This document shows, in pieces, positions 7,713 through 16,475 of a stretch of 24,972 nucleotides of DNA (position 1 is its first letter; each line of letters opens with the position of its first letter). Under the pieces are notes generated by a model, which was given only the letters and a program-made list of their open reading frames with translations, was not told the origin of the DNA and searched no databases. Position numbers and translations under genes: made by a program. The DNA is from a virus (lineage: Duplodnaviria; Caudoviricetes), in IMG/VR virus record IMGVR_UViG_3300020044_001989, positions 1 to 24,972 of that record; one strand, written 5' to 3'.

Positions 7713-9602
7713 ATGGATTACTATCAACAGTTTATTGCAAAGAGTCGATACAGTCGGTTCCTACCTGAGAAGAATCGCCGTGAACACTGGGAAGAATCAG
7801 TAGACCGATACTTTACCTTTATGTTTAATCACTTGGAAGAGAAGTACAAGTTCTCTCCTAACAATGACCTCCGCCTAGAGCTTATCAATGCTGTCAAGAA
7901 CCTGGATGTTATGCCATCCATGAGGGCTATCATGACCGCAGGCAAGGCACTAGACCGTGACAACACTGCTGGTTATAACTGCAGCTATCTGCCTATCGAT
8001 GACCCTAAAGCATTCGATGAGGCTATGTACATTCTCCTGTGTGGTACAGGTGTAGGCTTTTCTGTGGAGCATAAATATGTCGATCAATTACCTGAAGTCC
8101 CGGATCAGTTGTTTGATTCTCAGACTACTATTTCGGTTGCGGATTCAAAAGAAGGATGGGCCAAAGCACTACGCCAACTCATCGCTTTACTATATTCTGG
8201 GGAAGTTGCAAAATACGATCTTAATAGAATTCGACCTGCAGGAGCCAGACTCAAAACTTTTGGAGGACGTGCCTCTGGTCCCGGACCTTTGGATGAGCTT
8301 TTTAAGTTCACTATCGCCAAGTTCAGAGGAGCAGTGGGTAGAAAACTTACATCAATCGAATGTCATGATCTTCTCTGTAAAATCGGGGAAGTTGTTGTTG
8401 TCGGTGGAGTACGAAGGAGTGCAATGATCAGTCTGTCTGATCTCGAAGATGACCGTATGAGGAGCGCAAAGAGTGGAAACTGGTGGGAACAAACAGGACA
8501 TAGAGCACTTGCTAACAACAGCGCAGCTTACATTAATAAGCCAGATATTGGACAGTTTCTCCAAGAATGGACAAGCCTTTACAACAGTCACTCTGGAGAG
8601 CGAGGAATCTTCTCACGAGAGGCAAGTCAAAGTCAAGCTGCAAAGAACGGCAGACGTAATCAGGATTATGACTTCGGAACTAATCCCTGTAGCGAAATCA
8701 TACTACGACCCTATCAGTTCTGTAACCTCACAGAAGTCGTTGTACGGGCCGAGGATACCGTTGCAGACTTGGCTAAGAAAGTACGCATCGCCACAATCTT
8801 AGGCACGTTCCAGAGCACTCTGACACACTTCCCATATCTTCGTAAGATTTGGCAGAAGAACACTGAGGAGGAGCGTCTCTTGGGTGTATCATTAACTGGT
8901 ATCTTAGATAATCCTTGGATGGGGAGGGTCTGTGAAAGCACTACGCAATCTCTTGAATACTTACGTGATGTCTCCATTACTACCAACAATGAGTTTGCAA
9001 CACGCTTGGGAATTCCTGTGTCTGCTGCGATTACTTGTGTCAAACCTAGCGGCACTGTGTCTCAACTTGTTAATTCTGCCTCTGGTATTCATACTAGACA
9101 TAGTGAGTATTATGTTCGCCGTGTTCGTGGAGATAAGAAAGATCCTCTCACGAAATTCTTAACAGACTCAGGCATTCCTACAGAGGACTGTGTCATGAGA
9201 CCAGACAGCACTGCTGTGTTTTCTTTCCCAGTGAAAGCACCAGAGTCTTCTCGTACTCGTGTGGACTTAACAGCTATGCAGCACCTTGATCTGTGGCTAA
9301 TGTATCAGCGACACTGGTGTGAGCATAAACCGTCTGTTACCATCTCTGTCAAGGAAGATGAGTGGATGGACGTAGGAGCGTGGGTGTGGAGGAACTTCGA
9401 TGAGATTAGTGGTATCTCTTTCCTGCCTTGGGATGGAGGCTCTTATCGACAAGCACCTTACGAGGAGTGTACTAAAGAGCAGTACGAGGAGCTTCTTTTA
9501 AAGATGCCTACAGAGATTGTGTGGGATAATCTTAAGGAAGAAGAGGACAACGTAGAGGGAGCGCAGACCCTAGCCTGCGTAGCGGGGCATTGTGAAATAT
9601 GA
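7713..9602 (+). CDS. nrdJ: Class II (adenosylcobalamin-dependent) ribonucleotide reductase, monomeric RTPR type
   Basis: MPSMR, YNCSY, GTGVGFS, GGVRRSAMI, catalytic TNPCSEI, QFCNLTE, TCVKPSGTVSQL and C-terminal CVAGHCEI redox pair. No NrdB beta-subunit gene adjacent. ATG 7713 preferred. Confidence 0.95.
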   Translation: MDYYQQFIAKSRYSRFLPEKNRREHWEESVDRYFTFMFNHLEEKYKFSPNNDLRLELINAVKNLDVMPSMRAIMTAGKALDRDNTAGYNCSYLPIDDPKAFDEAMYILLCGTGVGFSVEHKYVDQLPEVPDQLFDSQTTISVADSKEGWAKALRQLIALLYSGEVAKYDLNRIRPAGARLKTFGGRASGPGPLDELFKFTIAKFRGAVGRKLTSIECHDLLCKIGEVVVVGGVRRSAMISLSDLEDDRMRSAKSGNWWEQTGHRALANNSAAYINKPDIGQFLQEWTSLYNSHSGERGIFSREASQSQAAKNGRRNQDYDFGTNPCSEIILRPYQFCNLTEVVVRAEDTVADLAKKVRIATILGTFQSTLTHFPYLRKIWQKNTEEERLLGVSLTGILDNPWMGRVCESTTQSLEYLRDVSITTNNEFATRLGIPVSAAITCVKPSGTVSQLVNSASGIHTRHSEYYVRRVRGDKKDPLTKFLTDSGIPTEDCVMRPDSTAVFSFPVKAPESSRTRVDLTAMQHLDLWLMYQRHWCEHKPSVTISVKEDEWMDVGAWVWRNFDEISGISFLPWDGGSYRQAPYEECTKEQYEELLLKMPTEIVWDNLKEEEDNVEGAQTLACVAGHCEI

Positions 9603-9727
9603 TGATCGAACTTAACTTTATCTGTGGAATTATGTGTGGAGCAGAGTATGTACAAGACCCAGAGGAGGGAACAAACTACCTAGTGGTGGACTTCTTATTC
9701 CTCAGAGTTCTCTGTAGTTGGGACTAA
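9599..9727 (+). CDS. Small hypothetical protein, 42 aa (not in the ORF track)
   Basis: ATGA overlap with the nrdJ stop. Translation MMIELNFICGIMCGAEYVQDPEEGTNYLVVDFLFLRVLCSWD*. Confidence 0.55.
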   Translation: MMIELNFICGIMCGAEYVQDPEEGTNYLVVDFLFLRVLCSWD

Positions 9728-10195
9728 GTACATAGCTCTCTCATGCTTGCGGCGTTTAACTAATCCTGGAAGCTCTTTACCACCTGCCTTGGTCCACGCA
9801 AGGAAAGCATCAGCAGCAGCTTCGTATTCGCCTCTGTTATGCTTCATCCTTATCGTGGATCTTTGCAGGTTTCCCAGTCCCACATTGAAGCTAAAGCTAA
9901 CCAAGGCATCAAAGCGACCTTGGGTAAGTCCTGTAGGGCATAGTCTAAGTACACCTCGCTCGAATGTAGCCAAGTCTTCTGCGAGGATTCTATCCACTTC
10001 AGCCATTGACAAAACTCTATCCCACCCATCAGGGATACTAAGTCCTTTGCGTTCATTGAATGGTGTCCTTATGTGGTAAGGATCAATAACGTGCCCAACG
10101 CCAACAGTCCACAGTAAAGCAGGACAGCGATAGGGACGAAGTCGTACTCCTTCATCTTTCTTTATCCCTTCGATGCATTCCTTACTTACCTTCAC
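9695..10195 (-). CDS. Endolysin, GH24 phage lysozyme
   Basis: Catalytic E15-x8-C24-x5-T30 (EGVRLRPYRCPALLWTVGVGH), FDALVSFSFNVG and LPGLVKRRKHE. Confidence 0.93.
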   Translation of the reverse strand: MKVSKECIEGIKKDEGVRLRPYRCPALLWTVGVGHVIDPYHIRTPFNERKGLSIPDGWDRVLSMAEVDRILAEDLATFERGVLRLCPTGLTQGRFDALVSFSFNVGLGNLQRSTIRMKHNRGEYEAAADAFLAWTKAGGKELPGLVKRRKHERAMYLVPTTENSEE

Positions 10196-10695
10196 TTCTT
10201 AGCCCAGCCCCTAGAGCCAAACCAGAATCCTATGATGCCACCCAGCATAGCCATCTCATCGGAGGAGAAGATCAACTCAGCTACCTTCTCTAGATCACCT
10301 ACAGAGGCTATTAATCCGGGCATAGTGAAGATGTTCCAAGCTAGCCAAGCATTGATAGCTATTAGCTCTAGGACGAACAGATAGGTCACTGTAGGTCTTA
10401 CTGTGCCTACATAGTTAACCACCCACTTGGAAGCCTTATCGAGGACCTTCTTGTCGTGATCTAGGGCTGCTACGGTCATCTGTGCTTCAGACTGCATAGC
10501 CACCTGATCAGTCCTAATCTCCTCGATCTTTTGCTGGGCTATGAAGCCCCTCTCAGCTAGGGCTAGTTCACGCTCAGTCTGGATACGAGCTAGGTCTAGT
10601 TCTTGTTTCTTATCGTTCTTGTCCTGAAAGAAGTCTAAGACTCTAGGTAGACCAGAGATAAGTAGACCACCAAGTGTAGATATTAGGGACAGCAT
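10192..10695 (-). CDS. Putative holin (3-TM, GTA-holin-like)
   Basis: Hydrophobic N-terminus, coiled region, VRPTVTY, two further TM segments and FWFGSR C-terminus. Coupled to the endolysin gene. Confidence 0.75.
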   Translation of the reverse strand: MLSLISTLGGLLISGLPRVLDFFQDKNDKKQELDLARIQTERELALAERGFIAQQKIEEIRTDQVAMQSEAQMTVAALDHDKKVLDKASKWVVNYVGTVRPTVTYLFVLELIAINAWLAWNIFTMPGLIASVGDLEKVAELIFSSDEMAMLGGIIGFWFGSRGWAKK

Positions 10696-10704
10696 AGCAA
10701 CTCC

Positions 10705-11145
10705 TTAAGGCTTATAGCCCATGACATAGGCAAAACTAACTAGGATAAAAGCAGCTATAAAACAGTACCACTTGAGCATTGCAAGTTTGTGTATGTCTCT
10801 ACCAAACTCATCAGTTAAATCCTTGTTGTCCTTAAGGATTCTTTGCTGGATGACCTCTACCTCTTCCCAAGCAGCCTGACCATGCTTCTCAATGATGTCT
10901 TGCTTAAGCTCGTCTTGTAGCTTCTTGATTTCGTATACTCCTCGCCACTCCTCGACAGCAGAGAAGACAGAAGTATCTGATGGTCTCTTCTTTTGCTTAC
11001 GGCGGTAGGCATCTCTAGCTTGGATCTCAGACTTACCAAGGTCTTGAATGTCCTTAGTAACAGCCTCAAGTTCCTTACCTACGGCTAAAGCTTCCCTAAT
11101 GCCAGAGACAGCAGCCTTGGCAGCTTGTGTTACTGGTTCACTCAT
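10705..11145 (-). CDS. Hypothetical coiled-coil protein with a C-terminal transmembrane helix
   Basis: 146 aa; C-terminal WYCFIAAFILVSFAYVMG is hydrophobic; adjacent to the lysis genes. Confidence 0.7.
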   Translation of the reverse strand: MSEPVTQAAKAAVSGIREALAVGKELEAVTKDIQDLGKSEIQARDAYRRKQKKRPSDTSVFSAVEEWRGVYEIKKLQDELKQDIIEKHGQAAWEEVEVIQQRILKDNKDLTDEFGRDIHKLAMLKWYCFIAAFILVSFAYVMGYKP

Positions 11146-11148
11146 GGG

Positions 11149-13920
11149 TTAGTCTTTCCCGGTTCTAGCTTTTCGTTCTTTCTCAAGAACATCTAGTTGA
11201 TTAGTGTACCACTCCAAGGATTCCATAGCAGTTTCTGCTTCCCTTGTCTTTTCTTTCTTTAATGCGTTTCTAACTAGGCCCTTAGCAGCATTGATATCAG
11301 ACCTTATTTTCTGAGCTTTCTGGAACTCTACTTCTGATAAGTTTAAGTCTAGTACTTTGACACCGAAGAGAGCCTGAGTAACTCGCTGGTCTTCTTGCAT
11401 ATCCATACGAGTCTCTCTAGTTGTTCCTAAGATACTAGGAGTGGTAGTCATCTCCCCAGTTTTGATATCCTTAGTTCTAGTTCCAAAGATCCCAGCAGGG
11501 TTTAATCTATCAATTTCATTTAGGACAACGATGTTAGATATTAGTTTAGCAAGATGAACAGGAATCTCTATCCCAAACATATCAGCCTTTTGTCCTTCAA
11601 AGTCCTTAATGTTCTTACGCCTAAAGAAATCATAGTTAGCTAAGAATTCAACAGGAGCCTTAAGTAACGGCGATACACTAGACAATGCTGAGGATATTTC
11701 AGGAGACAGTCTACCACGCTCAATAGCTGCTGGCTCAGTTGTAGTGTTTAAGAACTTAAAGAACGGCGCTAAGTCAGCAAAGGGCAGAGTGTTCTGTAAC
11801 TGGAATACTGACACCACAGCAGGGTCCTCGCTTCTACCTGTATAGATAGGCATCCCATCTACTACATAAGATGGAACCTCTGAAGGATCTGGAGTCTGCA
11901 CTCCGTAAGCAGCTTGGACATTCTCTTTAGCTAAGTTAATCTTATTGATCTTGTCTGGGTGTAGAGCAATAGCCTCTAACTGTAAAGGGATATTCTTACG
12001 CGACCATGTGTAGAAAGGCATTGCCCTCTTGAGCACATCCTTCTCAAACGGACTAACATCACCGTAGTCAAACAGGTACTTCTGTACTGCCTTACCTGCT
12101 TGATCATAGCTCTGACCTTTAGACACACGGTCCAAGAACAAAGCAATACGAGCATTGTCTTCTAGTGTCTGTCCGACTTTGAAACCAGCCTGAAGCACAG
12201 GGTTTTCTGTAGACAAAGTAAACGGATTACGAGAGCCACCTTGAATCTCTTTCTCTAAGTTACGGACGATATCCCCACCGTACTGGCCCTCACCAAACAC
12301 ACCACGGTTAGCCATCTCATCATATAGTTCTTGCACTGGTTTACCTACAAGCTTACCACTGAAATCATTCTTAGCTAGCTTAGTCTGGAATACACCAGCT
12401 TCTCCATACCGAACAGGATTAGTCAAACCACCAAGATATGAGTTCCATACGTTACCAATTACGTTCTTAGTATGGTAAGCCGGACGAATACCCAGAGACC
12501 ACATCTTCCACCAGTTCTGAGCACCGTCATAAAGCTTTAATACTTTATTAACTTCTTCGGTATTGGACAGCGCACGATAGGACCTGTTTAATAACTTAGC
12601 TACTTCTGGTGGGAAAGAAACATCAGGGATTTCAGGGACAGTCTTATAGGTTGCCGGTGCTTCTGCTTTAGGAACACCTAACTGTTTAGCATCGTCTAAG
12701 AACTTCCTACCTGCAATTGCATTAGCAGCCCTGAAGTCTGCGACTCCTTGTAGAATAGCTGGGTCATCTTGAAAGAATTTATTAGAACCGTAGAGATTCT
12801 TAGCATTAATCTCTGCTACTGTGCCATCGATCTCTCTGGACAATGCTTGAGGATTTTTAGCAGACGGACGAATGCCAAAGAAGTTCTTAACCCCGGCGTT
12901 GTTAATAAGGTCATCTGCTTCTTTAGTTAGAACGTGAGGCATATAGGTAGCACCTAAGTCCCCAATCTCTACCCCAGCAGCCCTTTGCTGTTCTAAGATA
13001 TCACGATTACGGTCAACAATCTTTTGCTCTATCTGCCCAATAGCATCGTCACTCAGCGAACCTGTTTCAACATCGTGTACAATCTTTGCCTTTAATTCAT
13101 TGACAGGAATACCAGTCTGCTTAGATAGTGCTTTGATTTCATTGTTGAGTGCTTTGGCGTTACGCACACCTTCATTGGTAGCCTTATCTCTCACGTACCT
13201 ATATTTATTGTACAGTTCTTGTGCTTTAGCTGTGTCCCCAGTTGTGATGTTTATTGCTCTGAATAGTTCGTTATCAGTTAGACGAGAGGGCATAGACACG
13301 CTGTCGGTAGCTGTCTGAATAAGACTCTTAGCCTTGCTAAAAGGATTAGCTACATTCAAGGGATCTAATACTACATCACCAGCAAAACCAAAGACAGCAG
13401 CTTTTACAGGATTAGACTTTCTAAACTCATCGCTTAGAAGCTCTTGAGTAGAAGCCTTCTCTTCTCCCTTTAATCCGCGTAGAGCAGCCTGTCCAACCTT
13501 AGTAGCCGCTTCTGGTTTAGAGAAAGCACGAGCAAGGATAGGCAATGCAAATAACTCATCACCTTTAACTTCCTTCTTAATCTCCGCGCCTGCAGCTTTA
13601 GCGCCTGTAGCTACTGCCTGAAAAGGACGAGACAGATAATCAATCGCATCTAACAGGAAGTTTCCAGTAGTCTTTAACGGCTGCTTAACTGCCTCTGGTA
13701 AAGCTTCCCACCCTTCTTGAACAGTCTCTCCCACTGCTGCAGCAGCTTCTTTAACTGGAGCAGGGATAGCAGCAGCAATGCTCTCAACTGCTTGCTTGTT
13801 GACCTGTTGAGTTATCGGGTCTTGTACTGCTCTACTAGGAACAGCGGCAGAGATAGTCTCCCACTCATCTTCCTTTTTCTCTCGCCTTACTCCGGGTGTA
13901 ATAATTTCCCATTCAGCCAT
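11149..13920 (-). CDS. Large internal virion / DNA ejection protein, 923 aa
   Basis: Last and largest of three Ala-rich helical ORFs after the tail genes, the podovirus gp14-16 position. LFDY..S.FE..KRAMPFYTW motif recalled from phage internal virion proteins. Confidence 0.7.
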   Translation of the reverse strand: MAEWEIITPGVRREKKEDEWETISAAVPSRAVQDPITQQVNKQAVESIAAAIPAPVKEAAAAVGETVQEGWEALPEAVKQPLKTTGNFLLDAIDYLSRPFQAVATGAKAAGAEIKKEVKGDELFALPILARAFSKPEAATKVGQAALRGLKGEEKASTQELLSDEFRKSNPVKAAVFGFAGDVVLDPLNVANPFSKAKSLIQTATDSVSMPSRLTDNELFRAINITTGDTAKAQELYNKYRYVRDKATNEGVRNAKALNNEIKALSKQTGIPVNELKAKIVHDVETGSLSDDAIGQIEQKIVDRNRDILEQQRAAGVEIGDLGATYMPHVLTKEADDLINNAGVKNFFGIRPSAKNPQALSREIDGTVAEINAKNLYGSNKFFQDDPAILQGVADFRAANAIAGRKFLDDAKQLGVPKAEAPATYKTVPEIPDVSFPPEVAKLLNRSYRALSNTEEVNKVLKLYDGAQNWWKMWSLGIRPAYHTKNVIGNVWNSYLGGLTNPVRYGEAGVFQTKLAKNDFSGKLVGKPVQELYDEMANRGVFGEGQYGGDIVRNLEKEIQGGSRNPFTLSTENPVLQAGFKVGQTLEDNARIALFLDRVSKGQSYDQAGKAVQKYLFDYGDVSPFEKDVLKRAMPFYTWSRKNIPLQLEAIALHPDKINKINLAKENVQAAYGVQTPDPSEVPSYVVDGMPIYTGRSEDPAVVSVFQLQNTLPFADLAPFFKFLNTTTEPAAIERGRLSPEISSALSSVSPLLKAPVEFLANYDFFRRKNIKDFEGQKADMFGIEIPVHLAKLISNIVVLNEIDRLNPAGIFGTRTKDIKTGEMTTTPSILGTTRETRMDMQEDQRVTQALFGVKVLDLNLSEVEFQKAQKIRSDINAAKGLVRNALKKEKTREAETAMESLEWYTNQLDVLEKERKARTGKD

Positions 13921-13929
13921 TGTTTATCC

Positions 13930-15072
13930 TTAAGGAGTTCTTTGTTTAAGTTTACGCTGTATTACTCCTCCGGGGCCTTCTCTATATTCGTAAGTAGCTG
14001 GGTCGTATACTTGACCAGCCGCCTCTACCTTTGCTTTAATAGTATTAACTTCTGCTGGCTTAGGAGCCGCTGCTGCCGCTGGTCTAGGGGCTGTACCTCC
14101 CCAAGGCTCCCGCAGTGCTACGCTCTGTGCTCTGACTAGCTCTGTATTTATCAATGCAGCGCCTTTCAGAGGCTTCTTAGGATCTAGATTATTAGCTGCA
14201 AATAGATCTATGGCTGCTTGTCGCTCAGCATTCCATCTATCACCAGCCTCAAACTTATCTCCAAGTTGAGCAAGCTCTTTCTTGTTCTTAGCTATAGTTG
14301 TCCGTATGCTTTCTGCACTCAAGGCTTCCTTCTCTGCCTGTGCAGTTTCAGCCATTGCACCAGACGAAGCAGCCTGAGCAATTGTAGTGTACTCAGAAAC
14401 AGCAGCCGCATCCTGTGGATTAATCTCAATACGAGCAGCCAGCTCTGCCAGCCTAGTAGCTGCCTGTTCAGGGTTCTTCTTATAAAACTCTATGTTCTTA
14501 CGATAGGCTTCAGTAGCTGCTGTCTCTTGCTTTTGAGACTGCTCCATAGACCCTGTGATACCAGCCTGAGTAATAGCATTGTACCTTCTCAAAGCTACAG
14601 GATTATTAGGATTGATTTCTAACTGCCTAGCTAGATCAGCCAGTGCAGCGCCTGTCTGCTCAGGAGCTTTCTCATAGAACTGTGCGTCTGTCCTAAGAGA
14701 AGTCATCTCGTCTGTTGTTGCTTTTTGTGCCGCCTCTAATGCAGTAGCCCTAGACGAAGCATACTCAGCAGTTTGTGGTAAAGCCTCTGCTACTGCTCTG
14801 TAGTACTCTGGAGAACCAGCAGGAAACCTAGACGATGCGGTAGAGATAGCACCATAAACATCAGACTCTTTCTTAGCATCTGTGTCTTCTATCCCAAATA
14901 ACTTAGAAGCGCCTGCTCCAAACAACTGACCGATAGAAAACCCAATAGCCCGATAAGGGTCTCCACTTAATAGAGAAGCTGTAACTTTAGCGTCTTGCTC
15001 TGCTCTCTTACGCTTCCGTTCTTCTGGATCATACCCTAGTAATTGAGTAGTAAAAATGCCTGTCTTAGCCAT
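13930..15072 (-). CDS. Putative internal virion / ejection protein, 380 aa
   Basis: Ala/Glu/Gln-rich helical protein, AAGGA RBS, synteny between two other ejection-type genes. Confidence 0.62.
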   Translation of the reverse strand: MAKTGIFTTQLLGYDPEERKRKRAEQDAKVTASLLSGDPYRAIGFSIGQLFGAGASKLFGIEDTDAKKESDVYGAISTASSRFPAGSPEYYRAVAEALPQTAEYASSRATALEAAQKATTDEMTSLRTDAQFYEKAPEQTGAALADLARQLEINPNNPVALRRYNAITQAGITGSMEQSQKQETAATEAYRKNIEFYKKNPEQAATRLAELAARIEINPQDAAAVSEYTTIAQAASSGAMAETAQAEKEALSAESIRTTIAKNKKELAQLGDKFEAGDRWNAERQAAIDLFAANNLDPKKPLKGAALINTELVRAQSVALREPWGGTAPRPAAAAAPKPAEVNTIKAKVEAAGQVYDPATYEYREGPGGVIQRKLKQRTP

Positions 15073-15081
15073 ATATTATCC

Positions 15082-16191
15082 TTAGTGAATCAAACTATAA
15101 TCAACAGCCTTGTATCCATACTCTGTAGTAAACACAGCCTCTGGGATAATCTTCTCTACCTCATGGGCCATCACTCCAATGTACACACCGTGACCCGCAT
15201 AAGGACTATCCTTGAACTCTAGCTTATACTCATATTGATAAACATTTAAACCGTTAGTAAGCTTACCTACCTTTTTAATGTTTTCCTTAGTCCTGATATC
15301 AGAAGCCTTCATAGCTGAACCAGCGCCTTGTGCTATACCAGCGATTACTTGTGCGTTTATTGCGGCAGCGTCTTTTGCACCAGCGTACTGAGTCTGAGCA
15401 GCCTGACTGAGTAATCCTGCAGCAGCAGAAGCGCCTTGTTGAGCAGCTCCACCAATCTGTAGACCAAGCTGTAGAGGCTGTTGACCCATCTCTTCGATAG
15501 TACCGATAGTACCAAGGTAGGACTGTAGAGGAGCAAGCGCCTGACCCGGAAGGGCGTACTGCTGACCAAACAACCCAAGTCCCTGACTCATGAGACCAGA
15601 ACCAAACATTTGCCTTTGCTGCGCTGCCTGCTCTGCCTGTGCGCCTAGTTGTAACTCTTGCATTCTACGAGCACCTGCTAAGGTAGCTAGTTCAGGCTGT
15701 GCTCCTCCGACTGTTAAGCCAGCACGACCACGACCAAAGACAGAGGAAGCTAGTCGCTGTTCTTCTGCCTGCCTAGCTGGGGCTAACAAGGCCATCTGTT
15801 CATTAAAGAACTGTTGACGAGCCATCTCAGGAGACTGGGCTAGGTACTGCTGTCCTAGTCCGAACAACTGAGCACCTCCTGCTCCAATCTGTTGAGCTGC
15901 TTGTTGTGCAGCAGCAGCCTGTTGAGCAGCAAATGGTGTTAGCCCAAAGAGTTGATTCTGAATAGCTAGTAACTCAGGAGCTACTGTGTACTCAGCAGAG
16001 GATACTCTAGGTATTCCACCAATAGTTTCATATCCAAATTTAGATGTACCAAATCTAGAGGTCATCCCAACAGGACGGAACACTGACGCAAGAGCAGCCT
16101 CTCTTTGTGACTGGGCAGCTTGATTAGCCGCATCTCGTGCTTGGTTAGCCCCTGTTATGTCCCCGATAAAACTTCCTATAGCCTTACCCAT
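15082..16191 (-). CDS. Putative DNA transfer / pilot (ejection) protein with a C-terminal peptidase S74 intramolecular chaperone domain
   Basis: Gly/Ala/Gln-rich body (MGKAIGSFIGDITG..., QQAAAAQQAAQQ). C-terminus SDIRTKENI...YQYEYK...GVMAHEVEKIIPEAV...VDY. Confidence 0.78.
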   Translation of the reverse strand: MGKAIGSFIGDITGANQARDAANQAAQSQREAALASVFRPVGMTSRFGTSKFGYETIGGIPRVSSAEYTVAPELLAIQNQLFGLTPFAAQQAAAAQQAAQQIGAGGAQLFGLGQQYLAQSPEMARQQFFNEQMALLAPARQAEEQRLASSVFGRGRAGLTVGGAQPELATLAGARRMQELQLGAQAEQAAQQRQMFGSGLMSQGLGLFGQQYALPGQALAPLQSYLGTIGTIEEMGQQPLQLGLQIGGAAQQGASAAAGLLSQAAQTQYAGAKDAAAINAQVIAGIAQGAGSAMKASDIRTKENIKKVGKLTNGLNVYQYEYKLEFKDSPYAGHGVYIGVMAHEVEKIIPEAVFTTEYGYKAVDYSLIH

Positions 16192-16475
16192 TATAAACTC
16201 CTAATATAAATCTGATTAGTAGTACCGTCTTGTCCTACTAGAGTGTTAATAAACTTAAAACCTATAGTCTCTCCAAACTTCCCTAACTTATCATTATCTA
16301 CTAAGCCGTACAGAGGAGCATTGAGTAGTGATTGAAGCTGGTTTAAATCTTTAATATAATGTTTCTTTGTTTCTGCTGACCACTTAAACACATCTGTATG
16401 AAGCCAGTATAAGTTACTAAACAACTCTAAGTACATTATATATTCTTGTCTATTTACTACTGGAAACTTGTGCAT
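16191..16475 (-). CDS. Hypothetical protein, 94 aa, possibly a GNAT-like virion assembly factor (T7 gp13 / P22 gp14 position)
   Basis: TGATG coupling gives a start at 16475. KLGKFGETIGFKFI resembles a GNAT C-terminal motif; synteny before the ejection genes. Confidence 0.55.
   Translation of the reverse strand: MHKFPVVNRQEYIMYLELFSNLYWLHTDVFKWSAETKKHYIKDLNQLQSLLNAPLYGLVDNDKLGKFGETIGFKFINTLVGQDGTTNQIYIRSL

Noticed and set aside
1447-9602. Inteins, introns or homing endonucleases in polA or nrdJ
   Set aside because: Both ORFs are continuous and compact, with no splicing or LAGLIDADG/HNH motifs.
1-9727. Known base-substitution pathways (PurZ, 7-deazaguanine, hmC/hmU synthases)
   Set aside because: No purZ, queC/D/E, folE, dpdA or thymidylate-synthase-like ORF recognised here; they could lie outside the window.
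11149-13920. Lytic transglycosylase or virion RNA polymerase domain in the 923-aa protein
   Set aside because: No SLT (ES...GLMQ) or RNAP catalytic motifs recognised; a profile search is needed to exclude remote homology.
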